DNA from: the human T2T-CHM13v2.0 reference genome, Homo sapiens
Length of the DNA: 64,000 bases
Direction: 5' to 3' (one strand)
NCBI RefSeq assembly: GCF_009914755.1
Contig: NC_060936.1
The stretch's first letter is position 1. The number at the start of each line of letters is the position of its first letter. The notes below the pieces were generated by a model. It had not been told where the DNA came from, made no database searches, and saw only the letters and a program-made list of their open reading frames with translations. The position numbers were made by a program, and so were the translations under genes. Shown in pieces: positions 1 through 18,089 of this stretch.

Positions 1-2004
<2,004 letters not shown>

Positions 2005-2008
<4 letters not shown>

Positions 2009-2222
2009 GTGTTCTTATTTCTTCACATCCTCTCCAGCGCCTGTTGTTTCCTGACTTTTTAATGATCGCCATTCTAACTGGTGTGAGATGGTATCCCATT
2101 GTGGTTTTGATTTGCATTTCTCTGATGGCCAGTGATAATGAGCATTTTTTCATGTGTCTATTGGCTGCATAAATGTCTTCTTTTCAGAAGTGTCTCTTCA
2201 TATCCTTTGCCCACTTTTTAAT
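2005..2222 (-). mobile_element. Older L1PA ORF2 fragment, probable host of the upstream L1
   Basis: Minus-strand translation [38 protein letters not shown]. Begins at 'aaaagtgttc', a plausible L1 endonuclease target. Confidence 0.85.
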
Positions 2223-2554
2223 GAGGTAAGCCCAAAATTATAACAACATGAAAAGTTTTCAGCTAAAGTAATTATGATGAACTACCTACAGGATGGCAGT
2301 GATATACAGTCAGTTAATGAATTGTACAATTCAGTTTTAGGAATTGCATGATAAGGAATTGGACTACTCTGGAGTGGCAATTGGGCACATATATAGTAGG
2401 TTGTATTTTACATTTTTTAAAGATGTTTCTCCATGGTGGGATTAGGGTAAGACTAATTTAGGAACAGATAATGCAGAAATAACTCCACTGAAATTTCACC
2501 TTATCTTCGGATAATGGGATTTGCATGGTCTTCTTGTTAAGGTCTTATAAATCT

Positions 2555-2634
2555 TTTTAAATAATATAATTTCAACTTTTATTTTAGATACATGGGTACA
2601 TGTATAGGTTTGTTACATGGGTATATTCTATGAC
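2555..2634 (-). mobile_element. Short 3' end of an old L1 (PA15/PB-like)
   Basis: 'ttcaacttttattttagatacatgggtacatgtataggtttgttacatgggtata' resembles an L1 3' terminus. Confidence 0.6.
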
Positions 2635-2883
2635 CAAACTTATACCTTTCATTAAAAAATTTTAAAAACAAAAGCCTGATGTGTAATTCAGTAATGGACC
2701 ATTTTTTCACTTGATTGTTCTTGCCCAATATTACAAATGTTTTCTTCAGTATGGTGCATAGTTAATTATTTGGTATAAGTGTGAATGAAGATAGGCCAAA
2801 TATATTTTACAACTTGGTTTTTTATTGGAAATGATTAGAGATTTATTTTACTTGTTTGAAATGTAGGTGTACCCTATGGGGGA

Positions 2884-3260
2884 TTTTTGTTTGTTTTTTG
2901 TTTTTTGTTTTTTTATTTTTTATTATACTTTAAGTTTTAGGGTACATGTGCACATTGTGCAGGTTAGTTACATACGTATACATGTGCCATGCTGGTGCGC
3001 TGCACCCACTAACTCGTCATTTAACAATAGGTATATCTCCCAATGCTATCCCTCCCCCTTCCCCCCACCCCACAACAGTCCCCAGAGTGTGATATTCCCC
3101 TTCCTGTGTCCATGTGATCTCATTGTTCAATTCCCACCTATGAGTGATAATATGCGGTGTTTGGTTTTGTGTTCTTGCGATAGTTTACTGAGAAGGATGA
3201 TTTCCAATTTCATCAATGTCCCTACAAAGGACATGAACTCATCATTTTTTACGGCTGCAT
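2884..3260 (-). mobile_element. 5'-truncated L1PA2-like 3' end
   Basis: T-rich tail, then 'tattatactttaagttttagggtacatgtgcac'; 'ggtgcgctgcacccactaactcgtc' is PA2-type. Confidence 0.9.
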
Positions 3261-3280
3261 TTTTTTAAAGAATAGATTTT

Positions 3281-3596
<316 letters not shown>

Positions 3597-4569
3597 TTAG
3601 ATTTTAACCTATTATACTATTATTTAGTTTCCTGGGAAAATAAGGGTTAAGTAATTTTCCTTCAACTTCTAGAAATATAGGAAGCTTTTCTTTTTCTTTT
3701 CTAGAAAGAAGTAAAATTAGGAAATGATGAACCTTCCTATCTAGCTGTTTGTTAAGGCTCCTGTACATGCATAGGTTGACCTGAAACTCCAAGGGCCTTT
3801 TCAAGGTTTTTTTTGCCCCAAAGACTTATTCTAATTTTTTGAATTATTCCCACTGTGCTAATTTGTAACTGTTTTAAAGTTTATATTTATTTATAAAAGT
3901 TGCTTCTGCAACAAATATAGTGTAAGGAAATAAAGGGAGTTATTTACACAGTCCTGTTTGCTCATTACAAAATACTTCAAAGTATAATGTTATTTCTCAA
4001 TATTAAAATTACCTCAAAATTTTCAAGAATAAACAATCCCAAGGAATACAAAAATTGCTTACTTCTTCCTGACAGTAACCATGTTAGACATTATAAGGCA
4101 CCACTGACTGAAATAGTATATGAACCATGGTATTGTTTACAATGTTCTCATAGTAAAACGAACCAATAGCCAAATGACTAAGGGTATAAGACAACAATCA
4201 AATTCATGCCAATTATCAGCTGAATTTGATGTATTTGATTATTTAAAAATATTATGGAAATAAGTTTAAAATATTAACATTTTAAAAATCAGTTAAAAAT
4301 AAAATTTAAAAATCATGTAAGTTTCATGAGCATAGATAAATTTCTCTCACCAATACTGAACCAAAATTTAACCCACAAAAAATACAAAAATCTTATACAG
4401 AAAATTAAAATCTGTGTTCTTCACATAGCCTGGCATGTTAAAAGTTGCAATTCCAAGAGACTTGACCAGTGTGTCCAGTAGCCCCACCACAAAATATCCA
4501 TTATTGAGAAATGCATATTCAATTGCAAATATGACTTACAGGAAATATAGATAATTGTATGAACATTCT

Positions 4570-4650
4570 GTATTTCCCCCTGTGAGATAAAAGCAGTTGT
4601 CTAATTAACTATAGTCCTTTCTAGTGATCCAGGGATCATTTCCTCAAGGC
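4570..4650 (+). promoter_or_regulatory. Candidate OR10A7 promoter (O/E-like plus homeodomain motifs)
   Basis: CCCTGTGAGA 4578, CTAATTA 4601, TCCAGGGA 4628 and TCCTCAAGG 4641, clustered 3 kb upstream of the CDS. Motif-only evidence. Confidence 0.3.
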
Positions 4651-7065
4651 CAGTCACACTTTTAAATGCTGTTACTAAAATATAGCAACCATGTAGTGCC
4701 AGTGCAAGGCATGTTAGCCTGTCTAAGGTATTAACTTCATTATGAAGATTTGAGCTATCAATAGGTTTCAAGATCATTTAACATTTCTCTGAAAATATTG
4801 CATATCTTTAAAAAAATCATTAAATTTCTAATTACAGAAGAAATATGAGGTTTTATTTGGTAAGATACATGCAGATATTTCTTTATGATTTGTTATATTT
4901 CTCAATTTTGTTAAACATCTAAATTTATCTGTACATCTGTGTATTACAAAAGCATTCTAAGAAAAATAAATAATGAAATATTAATTATCAGAAAAGGAAT
5001 AACTTTATACTTCTCTAAAATAAAAGAAAACAAAAAATAATGAGGCCTTCATTCTGTCTGGAAAGCAACAGAATGCTAAAGAAGAGAGTATTAATAAAAC
5101 AGTAGCTATGTAATAAAGAAATACTGTGGATTATAACTACACAAAGTACTTTTAATTCAGATACTATGGCAATTTATTCATTTACATGTAGGGTTGTTAG
5201 AAGTGTTGCTCCATTTAGATAAATTTAATAACTATCTCAGATTCATGTTGTATTCCAAATACTGAAGATATAATCGCATTCATCCATAATAATTTTATGA
5301 GAAAACATATACTTATAAAAAAGTTAGCTAAAACAAGAGGTAAAGTCTATTTTCTAAAAAAAAAGGCCAAAGTTGACTGCTTAATGGGACATGAAAAAAA
5401 CTATTTGGACTCATTAAGATATTACCAACTAAATTAATGAACTTAATTAAATGACATCAAGTTATCAAAATGCCATGCGACAAGTAAAACAGTACATTCT
5501 CTAGAGCAATGTAGCAATCATGGCAACTCAACACTCTGCAAGTTTTTTTTTTAAATCAGTATAAATTTGTGGTAGTGATTGCAACATCACTGCTAATTAA
5601 TCTCTTAGTTTAGTGAATATATGCAAAGTAATCTGTAGGCTTTTTAGGATATAGAAAGACTGAGAGGAGTATTTAGAGGTACATCCTGTGACATTATAAA
5701 CCTCTAATTGTCTAAACTTTTATTAAAACTTAAATGCCTTTGGGAAAGGTGAAAAATGTGCAATGGTAATTATTAAAAATTCGAGAAACTGACCATTTTT
5801 GGATATCCGTATTCATATTTCACATGGATTGTACATTATAGAACTTATTACTCAATGAAAAGCCATTCATCTTAGTACTGCTTTCTGCCACTGTTAATAT
5901 TAGAATTCTGAGAGGCAGTTGGTTGAGGCATTTTAGGATGCACTAAATATTGTAACTACTATAAAATCTTGATGCCTTCATCAACTCCCATATTTTTTCA
6001 AAACAAAAGATGGTGTAATTTTAGACCCATAACAAGTTTAGAATTGCTCCAAAATGTAGGTAAGCATGATAATGCATATGAAGTTTTTCGTAAGTTTTTA
6101 TGAATATACCAGGAATATGATGTTGTTGTTTCTATTCCTGATGACAAGAATGATAGTGAAGCTGGTTTTGCAATAGTAGTGAGAGAGTAATGGTTGTAAT
6201 CACTGTCACATGTTACCTATTATTTTGGGACTTACAAGGGCATGGGAAACCTGAAATCACCAGAGTTGTTCCTTTCTTTTTGCTACTGAGGACATTCCTT
6301 TGAGAACTTACAATATGGAAAATACACAGGTAAGATGTTACATGTCTTAAGAGTAGAATTAAAACATAGAATTATTTAAATGAGCCACAGTTTCAGAATG
6401 ATTCCATACACTGTAAGTTTTTACCTACTGACTTCAGGAGCGGATATCTATTTTAAATTATTTTGACTATAAAATGAAATATGCATTTTTTTCTGAATTA
6501 AATTTAAAAAGTATGTAAAATAATTGATACGATATTTACCCAGTTCTAATATTTGGAAAAAATTATTTTTCTAACACATCCTCCTGTAATTGCTAAATTT
6601 TGGTACTAAGAATGACCTCCTGTAAAGAAAACAATTGCATAATTTAATGTTGGCCAAAATATTTTGCTCTAAGTAAGATATAGTATTTGAGTTTGTAATG
6701 GTTGAATTAGTGCTTTTGGGACTGGATCAGCTGACATACAAAAGTAAGTATATGTACCCTACTTCTGATCATGAAGTTTTAAAGAAGATGGACAGTCATG
6801 AGAGGAACTATTTTGGCAGAGAAAAGTTAAGATGAGTGTTGGGAGGATATTTCTCTATTGTAAGTCATATTTGTTTGGAAGTTTTTAAAAAATATAGCTT
6901 AAACAATATAACTATAACTCTATGTATAATAAGAAGTGGGGGCCCAGTGAAGTTGAGTTATGGTTCAAAAGACAATATAAAAATGTCATAAACTATTAGG
7001 CTGATGGAGACTACAGAGAAGCACCAAAATCATAAGCATATATTATGTTTATTTATTAAGTTTCT

Positions 7066-7086
7066 TGTGTGTGTGTGTGTGTGTGT
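7066..7086. repeat. (TG)n microsatellite
   Basis: About 10 TG units. Confidence 0.9.
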
Positions 7087-7544
7087 ACTGGGCATGTTGG
7101 TATATGTATATATTTATAGTGGATGAATGGTATAAAATGTACTATATTCAGTAGAAATGTGATTAATATAATTAAATATTAGAATGTCAAACTAGCCCAT
7201 TATTTATCTTTATTGCATCCTGAAATCATTTAAAAATTAGTACACTATTCTATTTTAATTATCTATCTACACTCTTTCCACTTTATCCTACAAAATAGCA
7301 TGCCTACGTTGAAGAATATGAGCACAGACTATGACTACTCATGAGAAAAAAATTACATCTAGGTGGTAAACAATGAGTAAGATTTATACAGAATGTTTAT
7401 TTTTCCTTAATTTTATCTTATCATAAACATCATTTCTGCTTCAGAGAAACAGAATGGTAAGACAACTGAGAATAAAGATGTTTTATGGATGTTATTATTA
7501 TTTTTGAGATTACCTCTATATTGATTTAATACCCTTTGATGCAC

Positions 7545-7560
7545 ATACTTTGATTTTTAG
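7545..7560 (+). other. Probable splice acceptor of the OR10A7 coding exon
   Basis: 'actttgatttttag' ends 19 nt before the ATG; ORs typically have 5' non-coding exons. Confidence 0.5.
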
Positions 7561-7579
7561 AGAGAAACTCATCTAAGAT

Positions 7580-8530
7580 ATGATCTGTGAAAATCACACC
7601 AGAGTCACTGAATTTATTCTTCTTGGTTTTACAAACAACCCCGAGATGCAAGTTTCCCTCTTTATTTTTTTCCTGGCCATTTATACAGTCACTTTGTTGG
7701 GCAACTTTCTTATTGTCACAGTTACCAGTGTGGATCTCGCACTTCAAACACCCATGTACTTCTTTCTTCAAAATCTGTCACTTCTTGAAGTATGTTTCAC
7801 CTTGGTTATGGTGCCAAAAATGCTTGTAGATCTAGTGTCCCCAAGGAAAATTATCTCTTTTGTGGGCTGTGGTACCCAGATGTACTTCTTCTTCTTCTTT
7901 GGCAGTTCTGAATGTTTCCTTCTCTCCATGATGGCTTATGATCGCTTTGTGGCCATCTGTAACCCTCTCCATTATTCAGTCATAATGAACAGGTCCCTAT
8001 GCTTGTGGATGGCCATAGGCTCTTGGATGTCCGGTGTTCCTGTGTCTATGCTACAGACAGCTTGGATGATGGCCCTTCCTTTCTGTGGACCAAATGCCGT
8101 GGACCACTTTTTCTGTGATGGTCCCCCAGTGTTAAAACTAGTCACAGTGGATACAACCATGTATGAAATGCAAGCACTTGCCTCCACACTCCTGTTTATC
8201 ATGTTTCCCTTTTGTCTCATTTTGGTTTCCTACACCCGCATTATCATAACAATTCTGAGGATGTCCTCTGCCACTGGCCGCCAGAAGGCATTTTCTACTT
8301 GTTCCTCACACCTCATTGTGGTGTCCCTCTTCTACGGAACAGCCAGTCTGACCTACCTGCGGCCCAAATCAAACCAGTCCCCTGAGAGCAAGAAGCTAGT
8401 GTCATTGTCCTACACTGTCATCACACCTATGCTAAACCCCATCATCTACGGCCTGAGGAACAATGAAGTGAAAGGGGCTGTCAAGAGGACAATCACTCAA
8501 AAAGTCTTACAGAAGTTAGATGTGTTTTGA
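7580..8530 (+). CDS. OR10A7: Olfactory receptor family 10 subfamily A member 7, intact, 316 aa
   Basis: OR motifs NHT (glycosylation), [48 protein letters not shown]; sequence recognised. Confidence 0.95.
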   Translation: MICENHTRVTEFILLGFTNNPEMQVSLFIFFLAIYTVTLLGNFLIVTVTSVDLALQTPMYFFLQNLSLLEVCFTLVMVPKMLVDLVSPRKIISFVGCGTQMYFFFFFGSSECFLLSMMAYDRFVAICNPLHYSVIMNRSLCLWMAIGSWMSGVPVSMLQTAWMMALPFCGPNAVDHFFCDGPPVLKLVTVDTTMYEMQALASTLLFIMFPFCLILVSYTRIIITILRMSSATGRQKAFSTCSSHLIVVSLFYGTASLTYLRPKSNQSPESKKLVSLSYTVITPMLNPIIYGLRNNEVKGAVKRTITQKVLQKLDVF

Positions 8531-8644
8531 CTTCTATTGTGTAAGAATGCTTCCAAAGTAGGGACAGCAGAACCTACTAACCAAAGCTTAAAACGGAATG
8601 GAAGAGTTGCTCTTATTTCATCACTAACTGGTGGGTGCATTTCT

Positions 8645-9075
8645 GTGTATCATTCAGGTTCCTAGCAGGAAAGAGATGGTACTCCTGAATTGGGATAAGT
8701 GAGAAAACGCTTTATGAGAGGGCTATTTAGAAATTGTGAACAAGGTTAGGTAATAGCCACACAGATCATACAACAGAACTTTTACACTTCTTGGCCTGAA
8801 GGGGCAAGTAGAAGGAGTGTTAACTGGAACCAATAGAATGCTACAACTATTAAAAAAAATTCACCTGATAGGATCTCTGTTCTTTAGTACAGCAAGGCAG
8901 CCATCCCAACCTTATTTTGATCTGACTCTCTCAAATCTATTGCTGGCTTCTGTTCTAAGCCAAACCAAATACAACATGGGGACAAGAATGTTGATGCAAT
9001 GTATAAATGCGAGTCTCCTGGGGCACAGAGCGGGATGAAAAAGGGTAAGGAAAGTTATGAAAGATAAGTAAGAAC
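8645..9075 (-). mobile_element. Degenerate ERVL LTR (LTR33-like) in the probable OR10A7 3' UTR
   Basis: 'ggcctgaaggggcaag', 'ctcctggggcacagagc' and 'agcaggaaagagatggtactc' resemble LTR33. Confidence 0.55.
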
Positions 9076-9220
9076 AGCCACCACAAACCACTGTATATTC
9101 TGCAGCTATTGCAGTGTAACAACGAATCATGGCATCTAACCTTACAAAAATTATAAAAGGTAAAGTTTTGCAGATGCCAAGAGTCCATAATACAAATTCT
9201 TTATATGGGTTGTATGTTTA

Positions 9221-9239
9221 AATAAAGTTATTTAATAAA
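9221..9239 (+). terminator. Candidate poly(A) signals for OR10A7
   Basis: AATAAA at 9221 and 9234. Confidence 0.35.
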
Positions 9240-10194
9240 ATTGCCTTAGTATTAATATTTGGTGACATGATTTTGGACTTTTTTAGTCATTGGCTAAATT
9301 ATCCATTAATTATTTAATAGTAAGCTCTTCTTAGAGTTTAAACAAGAAATATTTGCTTGACACCAGAGTAAAGCAAAAGAGTAATAGTAGTAGCAAACAT
9401 GGTTTATTGAGGAACTGTCTTTGACACATGCCCTTGCAACAACTCAAGAGATAATTATTATATCTATATTTTTCATAAAAGATAAATTACAATCAGAAAA
9501 TGTAAGTAACTTGGTAAGGCAAAAGCTATTGAGATGTGGCCACAATAGTTTGAGTCAGACCCTTTTGAATTTGAAATTCAATATATTAACCTCTTAAAAA
9601 TGTCTAGTCACATTTTTATTAAGTTAAAGTTGCCACCTACATGGGAATTTGGCTTTCAAAACAATGGAGAAGACAAGATTGTCAAATTTAATTATGCAAA
9701 ATTTATATTTCCAGTAGAATAAGCTTATATCGGCTTTGAGAATGCAACTGGAACAATAATATATGTTCCCGTAAATCTTCCTTAACCAAGGTTTCTGTTA
9801 ATTGTACAGTTTCTTCTTCAAGCAGTAACAAACCTCCATGTTTCTTTGTTAATTTTCAGAAAAATTTAAAAGCCACCACAAATTTCCAACTTGTATTGAC
9901 TGTTTTAGTTTAATTTTGATTTGCTGAAGTACATATTTATTGCATGTAATGGGAGTTTGAGGTAAAAAAAAAAACTATTCCTTTAAATCTTTCTCCTTCA
10001 ATAATCTCTTAATTTTTAAGCCTAACTCAGATATTCTTGAATTAATGTAACTAAGTTCAATAACCATCTCATAAGACTCCATTATGATGGTTTTCTACCA
10101 GCTGCATGTGACTCACAAGTAGATTGTGAGGTTATAAAATAAATTTAGTAGTGCATGTTAATGTGTCCAACAAACTAGCACAGTAAAAAGAAGT

Positions 10195-10392
10195 ATATTC
10201 TTGACAATTAAAACTTGTATATATTTAGAGTGTACAACATGATGTTATATATAACAATTATGAGACCAAAAAAATATTTAAGATATATATGCGTATGTAT
10301 ATACACATACACATATTGTGTAATGGCTAAATCAAGCTATTTTAACGTACGCATTACTTCACATACTTATCAACTTTTTGTGGTGAGAAAAC
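10195..10392 (-). mobile_element. L1MA 3' end fragment
   Basis: 'gtatatatttagagtgtacaacatgatgtt...aatggctaaatcaagcta...tttttgtggtgagaa'. Confidence 0.7.
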
Positions 10393-10747
10393 CCACAGGC
10401 TATTTCCAATTCTTTCATTCAGTATCTTATTGTTCTTGGTTGAAACAGAAACTATTTGAAAATCACTCTAATAATCTGTAAAGAAGGTTCTAGAACTGTA
10501 AGAAACTAAAATTTGACAACAATAAATAATAAGGAATGCTTTGTGATTGACATGGGAACACTCATAGTGGAGGTCTAGTAGAACTCAGTCACTTTACAAG
10601 TTAATTGGTATTTCCTCTTTTTCTTACCCACTTTCTTACAGATTCAGCTTTTACATCTTTCATAAATTTACAGGCTATGTTTATAGCCTGTGTCATTTAT
10701 GGTATTTTGTTTCTCTTAAGCATTTTTTACAAAATATACGTAGTCAC

Positions 10748-13205
<2,458 letters not shown>

Positions 13206-13229
13206 GTAATTAGGTGATTTTTCATGAGC

Positions 13230-13710
13230 TGTGTGGTAGATAGATTAAAAAAGAAAAAAACAGCCATGCCCTTTATGATGTGACTCAGGAGTGCCTCTCA
13301 TCAGGATTGTGTCAATTTCCTTATCTCTTGAATCTAGTCTAGATGTGTGACTTGTTTTTGCAAAATGAATGTGACAGAAGGAATATTGCACCATTCAGAG
13401 TGTAAGGGTCAAGAAACCATGCATGCATATTCTCTCTCTCTCTCTGGCACACACGTGATTCTCATGAGAACAAGCCAAAGCCAGCATGCTGGAAAAAGAG
13501 AGATGTTTTGAAGCAGTGTTGAATTATCCCAAAAGAGTCCATTCTAGATCAGCTTACAGCTAGCTGATTCCCAAAAATGTGGAGGAACCTAGTTCAGAAT
13601 CCAGCATATCTGCCTAGCCAACTTACAACTCAAGAACAATTACAAATAATTATTGCTTGAATACACTATGTTTAGTGGAGATTTGTTACATAGAAATGGC
13701 TAAGTGGTAA
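13230..13710 (+). mobile_element. Old MLT1 (H/J-like) LTR
   Basis: 'cttgaatct...gtgtgacttgttttt...aatgaatgtgacagaag' and 'atttgttacatagaaatggctaa' end motif. Confidence 0.6.
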
Positions 13711-14224
13711 AAGATGCACTCCAAATAATAAGTTAAGAATCACATCTGTCAGACTCATCCTTGACTCAATAACTGAAATTGTTCCCACTATGAAGTCTGG
13801 TGCAGAGAAGCCATAACAGATCTGGATCTGGTACTTGCCTTTCTTTTTTTTTTTTTTTCCTGCATGAAATGAATAATATCTTGCGTATTTATTGGTTCAA
13901 ATTTACTATCAATTCAGTTCAAATTATTTCCATTTAAATTTAAAGTGAAGTATTTTAAATTTTCTTTTCCATTAGAAATACATAAGCTCTCTGGTGCCAC
14001 AATTCTATGTGGATGCCAGACATTTCAGTAGCTATTCTGAGCATTAAAAATCTTATCAGAGCTTTAACAGTTAAAGAAACTATTTCAAGGGTCATCAGGT
14101 TCAGAGAAGTGATTCCTCCTGAAGAGTTCAAAGAATAAAAGTGTTAAAATTTGCGGTATCTCTAAGTTTTCAGTCCTGTGCATTTTTCACCAGCCTCTCA
14201 AAGCACAGAACAATTTTTTCTTTT

Positions 14225-14450
14225 TAAGATTTTTTTAAATTGACAAACATTGCATATATTTATGGTGTTTTGAGATATGTATACAATGTGCAATGACTAA
14301 GCTAATTAACATATACATTACCTCACATACTTTTTTGTGAGAACACAATATCTACTCTCTTAGCAATTTTCAATACATTTTTATTAACAGCAGTCATCGT
14401 GTTGTGCAATAGATTTCTTGAACTTATGTCTCCTTTCTAACTGAAATTTT
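14225..14450 (-). mobile_element. L1MA 3' end fragment
   Basis: 'attaacatatacattacctcacatac...tctactctcttagcaattttcaa...aatagatttcttgaactta'. Confidence 0.75.
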
Positions 14451-14470
14451 GGGTGCTTGCCTTAGTGAAA

Positions 14471-14710
14471 TCTTGCCTTAATCTGTCTATCTCTGAAAAT
14501 TAACTTTGTCCTCAACTTTCCAATATTTTTCTAGCTTTTACTTGAACTCCTTTATATGGCTTATCAACTGAGATTTCCACTTACCTTCTGTCTTGCCTTA
14601 ATCTGTCTATTTCTGAAAATTAACTTTGTCCTCAACTCTCCAATATTTTTCTAGCTTTTACTTGAACTCCTTTATATGGCTTATCAACTGACATTTCCAC
14701 TTACCTTCTG
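14471..14710. repeat. 120-bp tandem duplication (2 copies)
   Basis: 14471-14590 versus 14591-14710, 3 mismatches. Confidence 0.97.
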
Positions 14711-16504
14711 GATCCAAATACTACATTGATCTCCAAATCAATGATTGCCTCAGCTAGGCAATACTTCTAACTCCATTAGCTCTTATATATCACTACTCTC
14801 AGTAGTGATTTATAGTCCTTATAAATTTCCTTTTAGGAAAGAAAACATTACTTAGTGAGGTTTATGATCAAAAATGAGTAAAATAACTATAAATAATACT
14901 TACTCTGTACTATATTTTAAAACTGTAGAAAAAGAAAAAATGATAGTGCCCCAACACTGGCTGTTTGTGGAAAATATGCAATGGAGACAGAATATCTGAA
15001 TATCTGTCTCTATTGCTCATAATGCTTCATTGGGGAAATTGGCAATTGCTAAAAATAGGCTTTATATCCATTCTTTTGACTTATACTTACTTACCAGCAC
15101 AGCTGAAAGGCTGATAAATCCTTCACTACTGAATTCAACCAGCATGTGAAAGCAAGCTCAGGGGAGAATAATATGAAAAATTAATATATGTACATTGCTG
15201 AGTATATGGCAATCTCTGTCCTAAAGTTATTTACCATGGTAAACTTTGAGGTTAGGGCTAATATGATCTACACTTTACAGGTGAGGAAACTGAAGACAGG
15301 AATATTAACGTTTTATTGTCAGTTTCTGATTCATTTCCTACTATAGATACATTCGTCAATCACTTTTTAAACCCATATTGTCGGGACTTAATCTTCTGTC
15401 AAGAATCACTTTATTTTTTCTTATTAAACAAGTTTAGTTCATTTGCTGAAAAGAAACCTGACTCTAGCTGGTGAAAAATAATTCATATATATGGTTTTTG
15501 TTCTCGTCCTGCTACAGTTAATGCGGTGTGGAAGGTATCCTGAAAAAATACCTTGAATTGAGAATGCATACATTATGTTCAGAGGACTGGAGGTTCACCA
15601 GGTATAGATGCCAAAATGTTCAAAGTTAACTATTGGCAAAAAAGACTTGACAGGTATATTTATGCCATAACATAGAAGGAGCTGGAGGCAGTTAATGAAT
15701 TTGAAATAGTATGTAGGTAAAGAGGTCATTTTCAAGCAGAGTAATGACAGCATTAAAATTGGAGGAACAAGAATGATGGGAGGTACAAAGCACAGGTTTG
15801 ATTCAGAGAGATCAACCAGGATATTAGTGTAATACAGCTAGTGTGAGGTGTTAAGCCCATATTCCAGTGCTAGGGGAGAGATGGAACATGTAGGGAAGAA
15901 TGAAAGAGAAACCACAAAGGAGCTATTTGCTAATTCATTGGTTTTGTGAGACAAGAGAGAAAGAACATCAAATATATTTCAGAGGCTAGAGAAGTAGTGG
16001 AGTCAGTCATAGACGACAGGCTTCTATACATGAAATTAGAGTATGGAGAATGGGAAGCAGTTGAAATGACAGCATATATGATGATGCTCCTAATGACGTT
16101 TGAAGTAGTATTGAATGAAACGTCATTGAATCCATCTGTAGAATTTTACATTGATTTTGCTTACACATGTCACCCTAACTGGAAAATTTTTTTTATGAAG
16201 GGGAAGTAAAGATAAACCAGAACATAGAAGTGTTTTTTCCTTTTTTTAAATTTCAATCTCGCTTCTCTGTTTACACATATCCTCACTGCCCCAGGCTAAA
16301 GTATCTAATGAGAATTGGCATGGTACTTTTATTGACTCAAAGTTCCAATTGCAGTTACTATGATTCTCTATGGAAAGTATTTTTTTTCCTTTTCTTTAAA
16401 AAATTACTATGCAATATCTTGTATGCTCAGAGTGATTGATTCCCTTGATAAACTCTAATAAATTTCATTCTTATCCTGCAAAACATAAGATAGGAGATGT
16501 TTTG

Positions 16505-16728
16505 TGCTATGTTTCATGCACAAAATTATTAAAAGTGTTGCATAAAATTAACTTTAGGCTATGTTTATAAGGTGTATATGACATAGATGAATTTCATGTT
16601 TACACTTGGGTCCTGTCCCCAGGATATCTCACTATATATATGCAAGTATTCCAAAATCTGAAAAAAAAATCTAAAATTTAAAATACTTCTGGCCCCAAGC
16701 ATTTTGTATAAGAGATATTCAATCCATA
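16505..16728 (+). mobile_element. MER2 (Tigger-type DNA transposon) fragment
   Basis: 'atgcacaaaattatt...ggctatgtttataaggtgtatatga...cacttgggtcc...cttctggccccaagcatttt'. Confidence 0.8.
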
Positions 16729-18089
16729 ATGATAATAACAATAATAATTAATTTTAGTTAGTATAGCTACCACAATTTTTGTCTGTCATCCTCCCTTCGC
16801 TCCAGTTAACAACTTCACTGTGTAAAGAAATTTATTTTACACTCTGTCTTTCCCTCTTTCCTTTTTTAGAGTTTCTTAGGAATTGATAGAAAAACAATTA
16901 GGGCAAGTCAAACCCAGACATTTTTTTTTCTCCTCTGAAAATGCTACTTCAAATGAAATAAAAACAATAAAAGTTATAAATCAATAAGAAAAAAGAGTGG
17001 TAGAAGAGATAACAAAATAAAAACTTGGAAGCTGAAAGATGGGTAGGTGATAACGGAATTATCAGAGAAACTAAACTGGTAGAGAAATCCTAGAAGTAAG
17101 CAGATTTCCAAGGTCAAACACACATGAGAAGGCCACAAGGAAAATGATTTCTAAGGAAGGCTTGAAAGTTTGTATATAAATGAATTAGTTAGAATTTTTT
17201 CCATCTGAGAAATAACTTTTACTCTTGCCAGCAACTTTTGCTTCCTCATTCGAGCACAACGCTGGAGGAACTCTGGAATCAGACAGAAATGTCACAGTTT
17301 AGAGATGGTGTGGAGGAAGAAGTGCTTCACTAAAAGCCGGAGAATTAACTGGAAGGATATGTACTGATTGGTGAGAATCCCAGATTCTTCTGCCACTCAG
17401 ATCCAGAACATTAGCAGGCAATAGGCTGTTACTTTAAAGGCTGAAATCTAGAAGATTTATTTCTGGAGAAACTTAGCAATCTGAAAGAAAATACTGTAGA
17501 AAAGCTGGATAACCCTGAAGTACAGCACTCTACCTAATGAGCATTTTCAGTATACACAGAGCTTCAGAGAGTATTTCCCCCCTCACACTTAAATATAAAC
17601 CAGAATTTGAGAAAATTTATAACACAAAAATAGATACCAAAATACATAAATGAAAAAGGAAACTTAAGAAACATCAATAGAAGACAGGGAGTAGAAGGAA
17701 GGGCTCTTCAAAAACCAGTAATAGTTTCAGAAATATAAGAACCTACCTCACCTTCATGAAATAAGAATAAAGGGGCATAAAAATAACATACAGAAGTATT
17801 AAGAGAACTTTTGAAAATTGTGTATTTATTAGTTAAAAGTTTAATAAATAGTTATGAATATAAAGGTGAAAAGTTTTATAAACTAGAACAAGATTTTTTA
17901 AAAGACTAAAAAAAGAAGAAGAAAAATAGAGTAATCCAGGGAGTTCAGCACCTGAAAACTAAAAATTTCAGCATCTGTGAACAGAGAAAATAGAAGGTAA
18001 CACCCTCAAAATAATATAAGAAAATTTAAGTTAGGATTATCTAAAATAAAGGGAAAAAATCCCATTTTAGCTAATACAATAATAGAAAA

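Noticed and set aside
7526-8220. Antisense and alternative-frame ORFs over OR10A7 (also 49846-50043)
   Set aside because: Short shadow ORFs of OR coding sequence.
16092-16127. 10-bp inverted repeat with two TGACG half-sites
   Set aside because: Short enough to arise by chance in 64 kb, and within apparently decayed repeat sequence.
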